64,000 nucleotides of DNA from Vicinamibacterales bacterium (GCA_035937795.1 DASZHO010000062.1:7467-71466); one strand, 5' to 3'. Shown: positions 54,074 through 63,875, numbered from the stretch's first letter. Program-made: numbers and translations. Notes: a model not told the origin generated them from the sequence alone.

Positions 54074-56617
54074 TTAGAATTCGAACACCCACTTGCCGCG
54101 GAACGTCCGGCCAACGCTGTTCGCGAAACCGCCGAAACCGGCGCTCGCGAGGTTGCCCTGAAAGTCGCGCGGGTTGAAATGATCCGTGATGTTGAAGACC
54201 TTCAGGCCGATCGTGGCGTTGTGATGAAACAGGCGGAGCCGCTTGCTCACCTGCATGTCGAGCGACACGAACGTTGGATAGCGGCCGGCCTCATTGCGCG
54301 CGCCCACGAAATCCCGGTTTTCGTCGACCACCGATAGTGGGAATCCGGTCCGTACGTCCAGTACCGGGTATACCGTGACGCCGAGCGGCAAGCTGATGTT
54401 GCTCCAGAAGAGGTACCGGTTGGGCGCGTCCCACGGTAGCGGTCCGCGTGCGTCGGGTCTGATTACCGGGTTCTCGATGTTTCCGAAGTAACTGTTGAAG
54501 TCATTCAGATTGCCGACAGCCGATGACCGCGTGTAGGACCCGACGACTTGATCGGCGCCGTGAAACTTGTAGCGGGCAGTGATCTGGCCTTCGCGGTACC
54601 GCGATCGACCGTCGGTCGCCAGCAACAGGACCGGGGCGCCGCCGGCCGGTGTCATGGGATTCAGAACCGGTTCGAAGCGGTCGTCCCGCTGCTGATAACC
54701 GACGCGAACGAAGAAGTTCGCGAACCACTCCCGATCGACCTCGAGATTCCAATTGATGCTCCGCGGCGTGTGGAGGGCCGACGCGAAGACATTCTGCACG
54801 AGCACCGTTGGCCCGGCAGGCGTCACACCGTCGGCCTCAAACGATGTCATCGAACGTTCCTGCATCTGGCCGAAGCTCGCCACGTTGAGTGGAAGCGGGT
54901 CATAGAACACGCCGCCGCCGCCGCGCATCACGGTCCGCCCGTCATCGGATGTCACCAAGGTGAACGAACCGCGCGGAGCGAGGTTGACGTCGCCGGTGTA
55001 CGAGTCGTAGTCGTACCGCGCGCCGAACACGACGCTCAGCCGCGATGACACCGTCCACGAATCCTGCCCGTAGCCGCGGAGCGCCGTTCGATGGCGATTC
55101 AGCAGACCGTTTCCGGTGAAGGTGATCTCCTGGCTCAACGTGCCGTTCTCACGCGCGATGTCCACGGGACCGCTTCTGCTGACGCCGTCAAAGGTCTCGT
55201 AGGTGACGCCGGTGCCGACCTTCACAAGGTTCCGGGGTCCCAGCGGGGTAAAGGCGTACGTCGTCAGCCATTCGGCGCGGCGGCTGGTGCGGTCCTGATC
55301 GTTGAAGTAACTGCCTGAGTTGACATCGGGCGCGAGCACCATGGGCCCGCTCCCCTGGCTGGGATAGATGGTCGCGTCGAATTGCTTCACGCTCACGCGG
55401 CTGTCGAGCACGCTCTGGCCGCCAACGACGATCTGGTCGGATGCGCTGCCGAGCACGTTGTGGTTGGTGATGTCCGGTGTCACGCCCTGCGGGTTGAACG
55501 TGTTCAAACCGGCGTACGTCGTCTTACGCGGCGAGACCATGGCCGATCCGGTGAAATGATTGGCCGCGGTGATGGTCCAGTCGACGCGGCTGTACGATTC
55601 GAAGCTCTCGAGCCTGGTGTCGCTCGCAAGCGGAGGAAGACCGAACACGCGCGTCTGGCTGTATTCGTACTGCGCCGACTCGAGAAAGTTGAGTTTCCCC
55701 TTGACGAGCGGGCCGCCGATTGTGGCGCGCGGGGTCCACGATTCGATGCCTCGGAACTCGCCCGCGCGACGTCTGAGGCGAGGCTCGAGATCGTTCACCG
55801 TGATGTGCCAGGCGTCGCCCGCCCGCTCGGTCTCGACCGTCGTCACGGCGCCCGCCGACAGGCCGAACTCGGGCGCGAACGCGGCGCCTCGCACCTGAAC
55901 CGCGCTCACGGCATCAATCGGCAGCTCGATCGCATCCTCGCCCGTCACCGGATCCGTGCCGTCCGCGTCGTTGAACATCAACGCGCTCTGATTACTGCGC
56001 GTGCCGCTGATATTGAGCAGCCCGTCCGGCCCCCGGACGACGCCCGGAATAAGCGGGAGTGCGTCCTGAAACCGCTCGCTGGCGATCGGCGCCGTTTGCA
56101 TCACGCTCGCGGTGATCCGCTCGACCCGAGCGACGATCGGGCTGCCTTCAACTGATTCCTGGCTGCCGATGACGCTGACTTGCTCGTGGAGCGTTTCGAG
56201 ATCGAGACCCAGGGTCACGTCTGCGGTCTCACCTGGCTTCACCGCAATCGCCTTGGTGGCCGACTTGAAACCCTGCAGCTCAGCCACGATCGTGCAGGCA
56301 CCGGCGGGAACGTCCGCAAATCGGAACTGCCCCAGCTCGTTTGAAGTGTCGCTGCGCGAGTCCGTGCCGGCACACCTCAGCGACAGCGTCACGCCCGGCA
56401 CCGCCACCGGCTTTCCGTCAGGCTCCGGCAGCGACACTGTGCCAGAGACGATACCCGCGGGTGATTGCCCAGCGGCTCCCTGCACCTCGGTCCCGCGCGC
56501 AGCTGCCGCGCGCGGGGCCTGCGCCTCCGTCCCACGCGCGGCTGCCGCGCGCGGGGCCTGCGCGTGAAGAAATGCCAGTACGAATGCGGTGTAGCAGGTG
56601 CGCCTCAGGATCCTCAT
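54074..56617 (-). CDS. TonB-dependent-receptor-like outer-membrane protein with N-terminal CarboxypepD_reg domain
   Basis: A signal peptide is followed by 'GIVSGTVSLPEPDGKPVAVPGVTLSLRC...GQFRFADVPAGACTIVAELQGF'. The plug-like region is 'QDALPLIPGVVRGPDGLLNISGTR'. The long beta-barrel region ends in 'WVFEF' (terminal Phe). Confidence 0.8.
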   Translation of the reverse strand: MRILRRTCYTAFVLAFLHAQAPRAAAARGTEAQAPRAAAARGTEVQGAAGQSPAGIVSGTVSLPEPDGKPVAVPGVTLSLRCAGTDSRSDTSNELGQFRFADVPAGACTIVAELQGFKSATKAIAVKPGETADVTLGLDLETLHEQVSVIGSQESVEGSPIVARVERITASVMQTAPIASERFQDALPLIPGVVRGPDGLLNISGTRSNQSALMFNDADGTDPVTGEDAIELPIDAVSAVQVRGAAFAPEFGLSAGAVTTVETERAGDAWHITVNDLEPRLRRRAGEFRGIESWTPRATIGGPLVKGKLNFLESAQYEYSQTRVFGLPPLASDTRLESFESYSRVDWTITAANHFTGSAMVSPRKTTYAGLNTFNPQGVTPDITNHNVLGSASDQIVVGGQSVLDSRVSVKQFDATIYPSQGSGPMVLAPDVNSGSYFNDQDRTSRRAEWLTTYAFTPLGPRNLVKVGTGVTYETFDGVSRSGPVDIARENGTLSQEITFTGNGLLNRHRTALRGYGQDSWTVSSRLSVVFGARYDYDSYTGDVNLAPRGSFTLVTSDDGRTVMRGGGGVFYDPLPLNVASFGQMQERSMTSFEADGVTPAGPTVLVQNVFASALHTPRSINWNLEVDREWFANFFVRVGYQQRDDRFEPVLNPMTPAGGAPVLLLATDGRSRYREGQITARYKFHGADQVVGSYTRSSAVGNLNDFNSYFGNIENPVIRPDARGPLPWDAPNRYLFWSNISLPLGVTVYPVLDVRTGFPLSVVDENRDFVGARNEAGRYPTFVSLDMQVSKRLRLFHHNATIGLKVFNITDHFNPRDFQGNLASAGFGGFANSVGRTFRGKWVFEF
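56485..56562 (-). repeat. 39-nt tandem duplication (2 copies, 3 mismatches) encoding AQAPRAAAARGTE x2 just after the receptor signal peptide
   Basis: Units 56485-56523 and 56524-56562: 'cctc(g/c)gtccc(g/a)cgcgc(a/g)gctgccgcgcgcggggcctgcg'. Confidence 0.85.
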
Positions 56618-56765
56618 GCCGGGGTGAAAGGCAAGGGACAGGCCGGTCGCCGAATCACGACCAGAAAAGGTGTTTCCTCTGTATTTGCTGTGGATTACGC
56701 GAATGACGGTAAAGTGGGCGGCAGGAGGGTGACCGACAGTGACTGCGCGGCCATGCGCAGTCTGC

Positions 56766-57680
56766 TCAAGGACGAGCAGGCCGCATCAGCACGAACACGA
56801 TGCCGACGGCGCTCCAGAACAGCAAGCGCGTCCTCCGGACAAGGGCGAGCGTGATGCCGGTAGCCGAGCCGAGCCCGAGTCGATCGGCAAAGACGGCAGA
56901 ACCCGCCTCGTCGACGCCGATCCGCATCGGCAGCATCTTGAACACGATCGTGACGGCGCGGCTCACGGTCTCGAGCAGCAGCGCGGAGGTCCAGGCGACG
57001 TGACGCGGTGTAATCAGGGCGAGCGTCAGGTACACCTCGGCGACCGCGAGGAGTTGAAAAGCGGCTTCAAGGGCAACGAGGCGCCGCGTGCGGCCAGGAT
57101 TCAGGGAAGCAAACCTGAACACGGGATCGCCGAGCCGCCGCAGGCGCTCGACCACTCGCGTTACCACGTTGGCGACATGGTCCTGAGAAGCGCGACGGTT
57201 CCTGTTCCGAACGAGCGGCACGACCGTGGGTGCCATCACGATGATGAAGAGAGCCGTCGAAAGCGGAAACAGCGCAACAACACCCGCGCTGAACAGCAGC
57301 AGCAGCGAGGTGCTGTAGAACGCCAGCTCCACAACCAGCGCACCGAATGCGGTGGCGAACGGCAACCGATGGCCGACGTGCTCCGCTTTCATCGGCTCGC
57401 CGACAAGCATTCCCATCGGCAGAAGCGCGTTGAGCGCCTCACCCGCCAGGCGCGCCCGGAACGCGTCGGGGAACGACAGGCGCACCGGCCCTTCGACGGT
57501 GTGTGTCCACGCCACCGTTCTCACCGCTTCTCGAGCGCCGGACAGAAAAAGAATCCCGCAGAACCCCCATCCCATCCGCACAAACGCTTCCCGGATACCA
57601 GCCAGCCCCAGGGCCTTGATCGAGTACGCGAACAAGGCCGTACCGACGACGGCCACTCCGGCGACAAACGCGCGCTTCAC
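56766..57680 (-). CDS. Flippase-like / lysyl-phosphatidylglycerol-synthase-TM-region (UPF0104) membrane protein
   Basis: A polytopic hydrophobic protein. 'RLAGEALNALLPMGMLVGEPMKAEH' resembles the conserved UPF0104 loop. The GTG start at 57680 overlaps the upstream TGA (GTGA). Confidence 0.6.
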   Translation of the reverse strand: MKRAFVAGVAVVGTALFAYSIKALGLAGIREAFVRMGWGFCGILFLSGAREAVRTVAWTHTVEGPVRLSFPDAFRARLAGEALNALLPMGMLVGEPMKAEHVGHRLPFATAFGALVVELAFYSTSLLLLFSAGVVALFPLSTALFIIVMAPTVVPLVRNRNRRASQDHVANVVTRVVERLRRLGDPVFRFASLNPGRTRRLVALEAAFQLLAVAEVYLTLALITPRHVAWTSALLLETVSRAVTIVFKMLPMRIGVDEAGSAVFADRLGLGSATGITLALVRRTRLLFWSAVGIVFVLMRPARP

Positions 57681-58672
57681 GGATTCGATCCGCCGGAAAG
57701 GGCTGACCCGCTCAGGGTGTCTCCGCTCGTGGTGTCATCGAGCGACAGACCGATCTCCATCCACCATCTGGGTTGATACGACATGGCGATCGGGATCTCC
57801 GCCAGCGGCCCCTCCGTGCCATACGTGATCGAGAACCCGGTGACCTCCCCGTCGTACGTACTCCTGGTCTCGAAGTCCGATGCAATCACGTGCGCGTACG
57901 CCCGGCCGCCGACCTGAGTGCTTGGCAACGCTCGCGTGCGCGTCGCGCGCAGCTCGTAGATCCGGCCGTAATAGACATAGTCGATCGGTCCGCCAGGCTG
58001 GACGCGACCTGACGCGTGCCACTGATCAACATGCCGGTGCATCAACGCCGCGACCGCCGTGAGAAACCCCGGATTTGTCCCTGCGGGAAGACGGGTCACG
58101 CGGACTGCTGCTTCCACGTCCTTCGATGACGCTCGCTCGGCCAACTTCAGCAAGGTGTCGACTTGCCGATAGCTGTAGTCCGCCGGCGCCGCGATCGAGG
58201 TCACGACGGACTTCGCTTCGCCGGCGTCGATGGTGCCTCGAATGATTTTGAAGGTGCGATCGCCGACGGCTTGCTTGCGGACATTCGCTTCGGCCTGCTG
58301 GATGGAATCCTCGTCCGACTTCGTCATGAGCCCAATCAGCGTCGCCTCGGAGCCGCGAACATCCTCGCTGATATAGCCCCATCGGTTGATCCGCCGCGGA
58401 GCCCGGTCGGGATCGGAGCCAATCAAGAGCGAGTATCCAGCCTCGTCGGGTCCCTGCCGTTTCGTGACGACCGCCTCACCGACCCCGCTCCGGCTGATCC
58501 AGAACACCAGCAGAGGCCTGATCCTCGCCTTGATCGAGTAGTGGTGGCGCTCGACAGTCGGATCCGGCGACGGGACCGAAGGGGACGGGCCCGGAGAGGA
58601 CGGCCCTGCATTGGCTGGAACGCCCAACGCGAGGACGAGAGCGACAAGCGCGAGAAACAGTTGACGACTCAT
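57677..58672 (-). CDS. Secreted hypothetical protein
   Basis: ATG 58672 overlaps the upstream TGA (ATGA). The signal peptide is 'MSRQLFLALVALVLALGVPANAG', followed by a Pro/Ser linker. No family was recognised. Confidence 0.45.
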   Translation of the reverse strand: MSRQLFLALVALVLALGVPANAGPSSPGPSPSVPSPDPTVERHHYSIKARIRPLLVFWISRSGVGEAVVTKRQGPDEAGYSLLIGSDPDRAPRRINRWGYISEDVRGSEATLIGLMTKSDEDSIQQAEANVRKQAVGDRTFKIIRGTIDAGEAKSVVTSIAAPADYSYRQVDTLLKLAERASSKDVEAAVRVTRLPAGTNPGFLTAVAALMHRHVDQWHASGRVQPGGPIDYVYYGRIYELRATRTRALPSTQVGGRAYAHVIASDFETRSTYDGEVTGFSITYGTEGPLAEIPIAMSYQPRWWMEIGLSLDDTTSGDTLSGSALSGGSNP

Positions 58673-59709
58673 TGGATCACCCCAGCTGAACGGACGCCCA
58701 CCGGACGAGGACCAGCCCAAACTTGCCGGATGGCTCTCGGCCGAGCCTCAGCAATCGTGTAGATCCGCCGTTCACGGCCATCCGTGTAGATGCGCGTGAG
58801 CAACTCGGCGAGGAGACCGAGGCTGAGCAGGACGACACCGGTCTGTACCAGCACCGCGCTGAGCAGCAGCAGTGGCCCGTGGGCCAGAAAGATTGGCGCG
58901 CCGGTCCAGAGCTTTGTCGCGAGAATCCACGCCGCGGCGGTCCCGCCGGCGCCGATGCTGAGGAATCCGAGCGGCCCGAAGAGATGCAGCGGCCGGTTGA
59001 CGTACTTCAGGAGGAATCGGATCGTGATCAGGTCGGCCATCACCCGCCACGTACGCGATAGCCCGTAATGCGATTGGTTTTGTGGCCGTGGAATGTTCGC
59101 AATCGGCACTTCCGCAATCCGCGCGCCGCCCCAACTCGCGAGGGCCGGAATGAACCGGTGCAGATCGCCGTACAGGCGGATCCGCTTGATGACCGGAGCC
59201 CGATACGCCTTGAACGTCGTGCCGAAGTCGTGCAGCGACACGCCGGAGAGCTTCGCCATCAACCAGTTGGCCATCTTCGACGGCAGGCGGCGCGTCCAGA
59301 GGTTGTCCACCCGCTGCTCTCGCCATCCACTGACGATGTCGTACCCATCGTCCAACCTGGCGAGCAGCTTGGGGATTTCCTCTGGCGCGTGCTGCAGGTC
59401 GCCGTCCATGGCGATGATCACCTCGCCGGCCGCCGCGTCGAAGCCGGCCGCGAGCGCGGCCGTCTGACCGTAGTTCCTCGCCAGATTGATCGCGCGAACC
59501 TGCGGATCGCGCTGGGCCACTGCGGCCAGAGCCTCCCGTGTCCCGTCGGTGCTCCCGTCGTCGACGTAGATGATTTCGTACTCGATCCCAAGGACCAACA
59601 GCACAGCCGTCAGGCGACGGTGCAGCTCGTCGAACGTTGCTGACTCATTGAAGAGCGGCACGACGATCGAGAGGTCCAGGCCGTGTCGGTCCTTGTTCTT
59701 ACGAGGCAT
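58669..59709 (-). CDS. GT2-family polyprenyl-phosphate glycosyltransferase (ArnC/GtrB/DPM1-like) with C-terminal TM helices
   Basis: 'LSIVVPLFNESATF', 'IIYVDDGSTDGT' and 'IAMDGDLQHAPEEI' (DxD/QH motif), plus two C-terminal hydrophobic helices. ATG 59709 is preceded by 'AAGGAG' 8 nt upstream; the alternative is ATG 59745. Confidence 0.85.
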   Translation of the reverse strand: MPRKNKDRHGLDLSIVVPLFNESATFDELHRRLTAVLLVLGIEYEIIYVDDGSTDGTREALAAVAQRDPQVRAINLARNYGQTAALAAGFDAAAGEVIIAMDGDLQHAPEEIPKLLARLDDGYDIVSGWREQRVDNLWTRRLPSKMANWLMAKLSGVSLHDFGTTFKAYRAPVIKRIRLYGDLHRFIPALASWGGARIAEVPIANIPRPQNQSHYGLSRTWRVMADLITIRFLLKYVNRPLHLFGPLGFLSIGAGGTAAAWILATKLWTGAPIFLAHGPLLLLSAVLVQTGVVLLSLGLLAELLTRIYTDGRERRIYTIAEARPRAIRQVWAGPRPVGVRSAGVIQ

Positions 59710-60592
59710 GGCGAAAGCTCCTTGTCGCTGAGGTAGCGAGGTCATGACGAATCAACTGGATCTGCTCCTTGACGAGGAGGGTGTGCGTATCGGGTGCGCA
59801 CAGCAATTCGACTTCCTCGGCGCGTGAGAACCGCAGCCGGGTGTCAGTCCGCAAAAGCGCATCATCGACGAAACCGGGATGGACCATCAGCTCGGTGACG
59901 CCGGGCCGAAGGCGACGGAGCGCACCTTCGAGCGAGCCGGCGCTCAGGACGCCGGTGTGAATGCGCCCCACAAACTGCGGCGCGCGGAGCCGTCGCATGG
60001 ACGCCAGGCGGTAGTCGCGTCGCGCCCACGGGAGCATCACTGCGTTCATGAGCGCCTGACGGCGGGCTGCGCGTCGTTGGTGGCCATCACCCCACACGGG
60101 CGACCACCTCTCATACGGCACTCGAACCACCGGGATGTGGAACCGCTGGGCTAATCGCACGACGATCGCGAAAACCGGAGGGAACGCGTGCACGTGCTTG
60201 TGCGCGTCGAGATGCGTCAGCCGGATGCCCTCGCTTCGGATTCGATCGATCTGCGCCGTCAGCTCCCGTTCGACTTCCTCGAACGCCACTCGGCCTCGCA
60301 GGCAGGCGACGATGAACGGCTTCCACGAGGCGCGGAAGCGTCCATCGTCTTCGACCAGGCTGGGAACGCGGTGGGGCGGAAGCATCGGAGTACCGTCTAC
60401 GAGTGCGAGATGGACCCCGATGCCGAGTGAAGGACGAATGCGGGCACGACGAATAGCGTCACCCGTCGCCGGCGCGTTGGCGAACACGCTGGCGCTGGTG
60501 AGGATGCCCCGGTCATGGGCGGCGAAAATGCCGTCATTCACGCCCACGGTCAGGCCAAGGTCATCGGCGTTCACGACAAGATGTCGAATCAT
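59699..60592 (-). CDS. YdjC/ChbG/HpnK-family carbohydrate deacetylase
   Basis: 'MIRHLVVNADDLGLTVGVNDGI' and 'THLDAHKHVH'. ATG 60592 lies 2 nt after the upstream TAA (60595-60597). The 756-aa ORF in the track is this gene plus out-of-frame shadow sequence. Confidence 0.8.
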   Translation of the reverse strand: MIRHLVVNADDLGLTVGVNDGIFAAHDRGILTSASVFANAPATGDAIRRARIRPSLGIGVHLALVDGTPMLPPHRVPSLVEDDGRFRASWKPFIVACLRGRVAFEEVERELTAQIDRIRSEGIRLTHLDAHKHVHAFPPVFAIVVRLAQRFHIPVVRVPYERWSPVWGDGHQRRAARRQALMNAVMLPWARRDYRLASMRRLRAPQFVGRIHTGVLSAGSLEGALRRLRPGVTELMVHPGFVDDALLRTDTRLRFSRAEEVELLCAPDTHTLLVKEQIQLIRHDLATSATRSFRHAS

Positions 60593-60594
60593 GG

Positions 60595-62229
60595 TTATTT
60601 TCCTGGGATGTGGAACACCTGAGCCGTCAGCGCGTCGCCCGCACGAAACTCCTGCCAGGGCGCCGATTGGCGCCGAAGCTGTTCCACGACGTCGTGGTTT
60701 TCGAACGTCGCGTGATCGTCCTGGACAATGACCCACGACGGCTGGCGGCCGTTCGGAATGCCCTGCCCGGACAACGATCGCACTTGAAGATCGGTTCGGC
60801 CGGCGGCCTTCAGGTAGTACGCAACGACGGCAGGCGCGTCGCTGACGACAACGGCCGACGGTCCCGGCGTCCCGGCGATCGCAGCGACCGCTTCGCGGAC
60901 GCCGTAGTCGTAGGCTTCCTCGGGGAAGGTTTCGCCCGCGGCGGAGATCCGTTCGCCCACGGCATTCCGAAATAGCGAATAGAACGGAGACGCAGACTGG
61001 AGCCCGAATGCCAGCGCCGTGATGGAGACGACGACGGCAAGAAGGGAAACAGTCACACGGGTCACACGCGGCAGCCATCCCTTGCGAAGCAGCCAACCGA
61101 TGCCGGCGACGAAGCCGATGGCTGCGACAAGGTCGACCGCCGCAAACAACGGGAGGGCATAGCGCATGAACTTTGCCGCCATCAGCGAGTACGGAATGAG
61201 GACAAACACCAACCACACCCGGAGCAGCACGAAGCCGCGCTCCCGCCGGCGGCGAACGAGCTCGAAGAGTCCGGCCACGGTTGCGCCGAGGACCGCCAGA
61301 GGGACCTTGGTCGCCAGCAAACGAAGGTAAAAGGTCGGGGGCACACCCAGGGGCGAGATCGGGATGTTCGTCACCCAGAGCTGTCCCGCGTAGAGATACC
61401 CGTGGTGCACGAGGTCGGTACCTGCGACGTACCGCATGCAGTACTCCCAGGTCGCCGGCATCAGAATCACGGCGTTGGCGGCGATGAATGCGGCAGCCAT
61501 GGCGCCGTAGTAGCGGATCTTGTTCGGCCGATTGGCGCCTGGTTTGCGGTCCGCGATCACATTGAAGAGCGCGTAGATGCCCAGGTAGTGCGGCATGTAT
61601 TTCGAGGCGAGCATCAGGCCGAACGACGCCCCGCTGCGCGCGTACCACCGCTGCGCCCCGATCGGGTCGGTGGCCCCTTGACGTTTGGCGCGCTCGTAAC
61701 ACCACATCGCCAAGACAAAAAAGAAAAGAAGAAATGTGTCTTCCTTGCCAATCCGGTTGATCGCGATCGCGTTCACGTCGAGCGCCCACAACAGCGAAGC
61801 CAGGACAGCCACGCCGGTCCCGAACAACAGCTCGGCCAGGCCGAACAGCGCAAGCGTTGTGAGAGTGCCGGCGAGCACATTCGGAAGACGAAGGGCGGAC
61901 TCGACCGCGATGGTCTCCCCGGCCGGCGCGACGTGGTTCCACGCACTCGCGAGGTCGACGCTCCCCCACATCGCGAGTTTCATGAGCATCGGATGTTCGG
62001 CGTTCGCGCCAAAATGGCCGAGACGGTACTGTTCGATCGCTCGAACCTTATTGACCTCGTCGTCGCTGAGCCCATAGGTCGACAGCGCGACGGCCCGGTA
62101 TCCGAACGCCAGGCTGGTCACAACCACGAGCGCGACGACTCGCGCCCTGGCCCGCGAGATCGCGAACCGCTCGAGCGAAGGCAGCCGCCATATCGCCGGT
62201 TGCGTTGACGGAAAGACCGCGGTTGCCAT
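60595..62229 (-). CDS. GT-C-fold polyprenyl-phosphate-sugar-dependent glycosyltransferase (ArnT / PMT_2-like)
   Basis: About 11 hydrophobic segments. The first-loop motif is 'YGLSDDEVNKVRAIEQY...EHPMLMKL', followed by 'GKEDTFLLFFFVLAMWCYERA'. A soluble C-terminal domain follows. ATG 62229 verified. Confidence 0.8.
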   Translation of the reverse strand: MATAVFPSTQPAIWRLPSLERFAISRARARVVALVVVTSLAFGYRAVALSTYGLSDDEVNKVRAIEQYRLGHFGANAEHPMLMKLAMWGSVDLASAWNHVAPAGETIAVESALRLPNVLAGTLTTLALFGLAELLFGTGVAVLASLLWALDVNAIAINRIGKEDTFLLFFFVLAMWCYERAKRQGATDPIGAQRWYARSGASFGLMLASKYMPHYLGIYALFNVIADRKPGANRPNKIRYYGAMAAAFIAANAVILMPATWEYCMRYVAGTDLVHHGYLYAGQLWVTNIPISPLGVPPTFYLRLLATKVPLAVLGATVAGLFELVRRRRERGFVLLRVWLVFVLIPYSLMAAKFMRYALPLFAAVDLVAAIGFVAGIGWLLRKGWLPRVTRVTVSLLAVVVSITALAFGLQSASPFYSLFRNAVGERISAAGETFPEEAYDYGVREAVAAIAGTPGPSAVVVSDAPAVVAYYLKAAGRTDLQVRSLSGQGIPNGRQPSWVIVQDDHATFENHDVVEQLRRQSAPWQEFRAGDALTAQVFHIPGK

Positions 62230-62509
62230 GACGGGCTTAGAGGCAAAGTCCAGGCCACGTCCAAACGGATTGCCTATCCGCTCGTCGTCCAGCAGTTAGG
62301 CGCAGCTACGTGTGTGGGGCGTGCGTCGAAGCCATCACCCGCATTGCTCAGAGACACGCACGTTGCGCGTCCGCGCGCACCACGCGCGGCGAACTCGCGG
62401 CGCGCGGTGATTGTTGGGAAAAAAACCGGAGAGGTGCGATCGGTCGAGGGTCGACTAGCACGTCATCAAGGACGTGGGAACGAAGAACGACGCGGGAGCG
62501 AAGCCGGAC

Positions 62510-63868
62510 TCAAACTTCGTCTGGGACGAGAAACGGCGGCCGATACCCTCGGTCTCCGTCATGGAGGAGACGATTGGCCTCTTCGTCGCCGACGACCTGC
62601 TCAGTTTCCGGATCGAAGCGTAACGCCCTGCCCAGGCGGTACGAGGCGTTCGCCAGATGGACGAGCCCGGCGGAGATGTGTCCTTCTTCGATTGGCGCGT
62701 TCAGCTCCTCCGCCTTCCGACTGCGCACGCAGCTGATGAAGTTGGCGAAGTGATCGCTGCCCGACTTCCCGCGGGGACCGGCTTGCTGGTCGGAGCCGAG
62801 CCAGCTCTCGTAGCTGAAGCCGTCTTCGTTGCCTCCGGCCAGGTATCCGTTCGATCCGTAAAAGATGTTGCCGATGGCGTTGTGGCGATTGAAGAGGCCG
62901 TGACCGACGCCGGCTTCGTTGTTCGTGATCCAATGCCGTACCTCGAACTCCATCATCTTGCGATGACCGCCGGGCTGATCGAATTCGAATGCGCAATTGA
63001 GTGTGTTCGGCGTCTCCTGGTCGTCATCGAACATGAAGTGACCGCCGACGGCGGAGACACGATTCGGGAACCTGACGCCGAGCCCCCACCGCGCGACATC
63101 GACCTGGTGGACTCCCTGGTTGCCAAGGTCTCCGTTTCCTGTCTCCCAGATCCAGTGCCAGTTGTAATGAAAACGGTTGCGAGTGAACGCCTTCAGCGGC
63201 GCCGGCCCGGTCCAGAGGTCATAGTCGACGCCACTGGGCACGGATTCGATCGGTGTTCGTCCAATCGTGTCGCGCCGCTTGAAGCACAACCCCCGCGCCA
63301 GATAGATGTCGCCAAAGGTGCCTTTGTGAAGGTGGTCGATCGCCTCGATCTGCGCTCGAGCCGAGCGGCTCTGCGTGCCGTGCTGCACGATCCGGCGGTA
63401 CTTCTGTGCGGCGCGCACGAGCTGGCGTCCTTCCCACAGGTTGTGGGAGCACGGCTTCTCGACGTACACGTCTTTGCCCGCCTGGCACGCCCAGATCGCG
63501 ATCAGCGCGTGCCAATGGTTGGGCGTCGCGATCGAAATCGCATCGATGGCCGGGTCTTCGAGCAGACGGCGGACATCCACAAACGTGCGCGGGCTGCCCC
63601 TGACCTCTCCACGTCGCTTGTTGAGAACGGTCTCGTCGACGTCACAGAGGGCGGCAATCTCGACGTTCGGGACGCGCGAAAATCCGTCGAGGTGATCCTT
63701 CCCGCGATTCCGCAGTCCGCAGACGGCGACGCGGACGCGGTCGTTGGCGCCGAACACGCGCTCCGGCTGGGTCAGGAACGTGAGGCCGGTGTACACGCCG
63801 GCGGCCCCCGTCGTCTTGGCCGCGGTTTTGAGGAAGTCCCGTCGCGTCTTGTCTGATTCGGACGACAT
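62510..63868 (-). CDS. Tat-exported Gfo/Idh/MocA-family oxidoreductase
   Basis: 'TRRDFLKTAA' is a twin-arginine signal. 'VRVAVCGLRNRGKDHL' is the Rossmann N-terminus, followed by 'EKPCSHN'. ATG 63868 verified. Confidence 0.85.
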   Translation of the reverse strand: MSSESDKTRRDFLKTAAKTTGAAGVYTGLTFLTQPERVFGANDRVRVAVCGLRNRGKDHLDGFSRVPNVEIAALCDVDETVLNKRRGEVRGSPRTFVDVRRLLEDPAIDAISIATPNHWHALIAIWACQAGKDVYVEKPCSHNLWEGRQLVRAAQKYRRIVQHGTQSRSARAQIEAIDHLHKGTFGDIYLARGLCFKRRDTIGRTPIESVPSGVDYDLWTGPAPLKAFTRNRFHYNWHWIWETGNGDLGNQGVHQVDVARWGLGVRFPNRVSAVGGHFMFDDDQETPNTLNCAFEFDQPGGHRKMMEFEVRHWITNNEAGVGHGLFNRHNAIGNIFYGSNGYLAGGNEDGFSYESWLGSDQQAGPRGKSGSDHFANFISCVRSRKAEELNAPIEEGHISAGLVHLANASYRLGRALRFDPETEQVVGDEEANRLLHDGDRGYRPPFLVPDEV

Positions 63869-63875
63869 ATGTCAC

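Noticed and set aside
58669-60592. Hopanoid side-chain pathway (HpnI GT2 + HpnK deacetylase)
   Set aside because: I did not adopt this as the primary call. No HpnJ/HpnH radical-SAM genes or squalene-hopene cyclase lie in the window, and an ArnT-like GT-C plus a flippase-like protein are adjacent. This fits a polyprenyl-phosphate-sugar route better, but the hopanoid reading remains a formal alternative.
59699-61969. 756-aa ORF spanning the deacetylase gene and most of the ArnT-like gene
   Set aside because: Only the C-terminal 297 aa (from ATG 60592, 'MIRHLVVNADDLG...') look like a real YdjC-family protein. The upstream 459 aa are out-of-frame Arg-rich shadow of the 60595-62229 membrane protein gene. 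The TAA of that gene sits 2 nt before ATG 60592.
62371-62407. GC-rich hairpin ('ccgcgcgc'...'gcgcgcgg') as terminator of the Gfo/Idh/MocA gene
   Set aside because: On the transcribed (minus) strand the T-run ('ttttttt', complement of 62420-62426) precedes rather than follows the stem. The loop is 21 nt. No plus-strand gene ends upstream of it.
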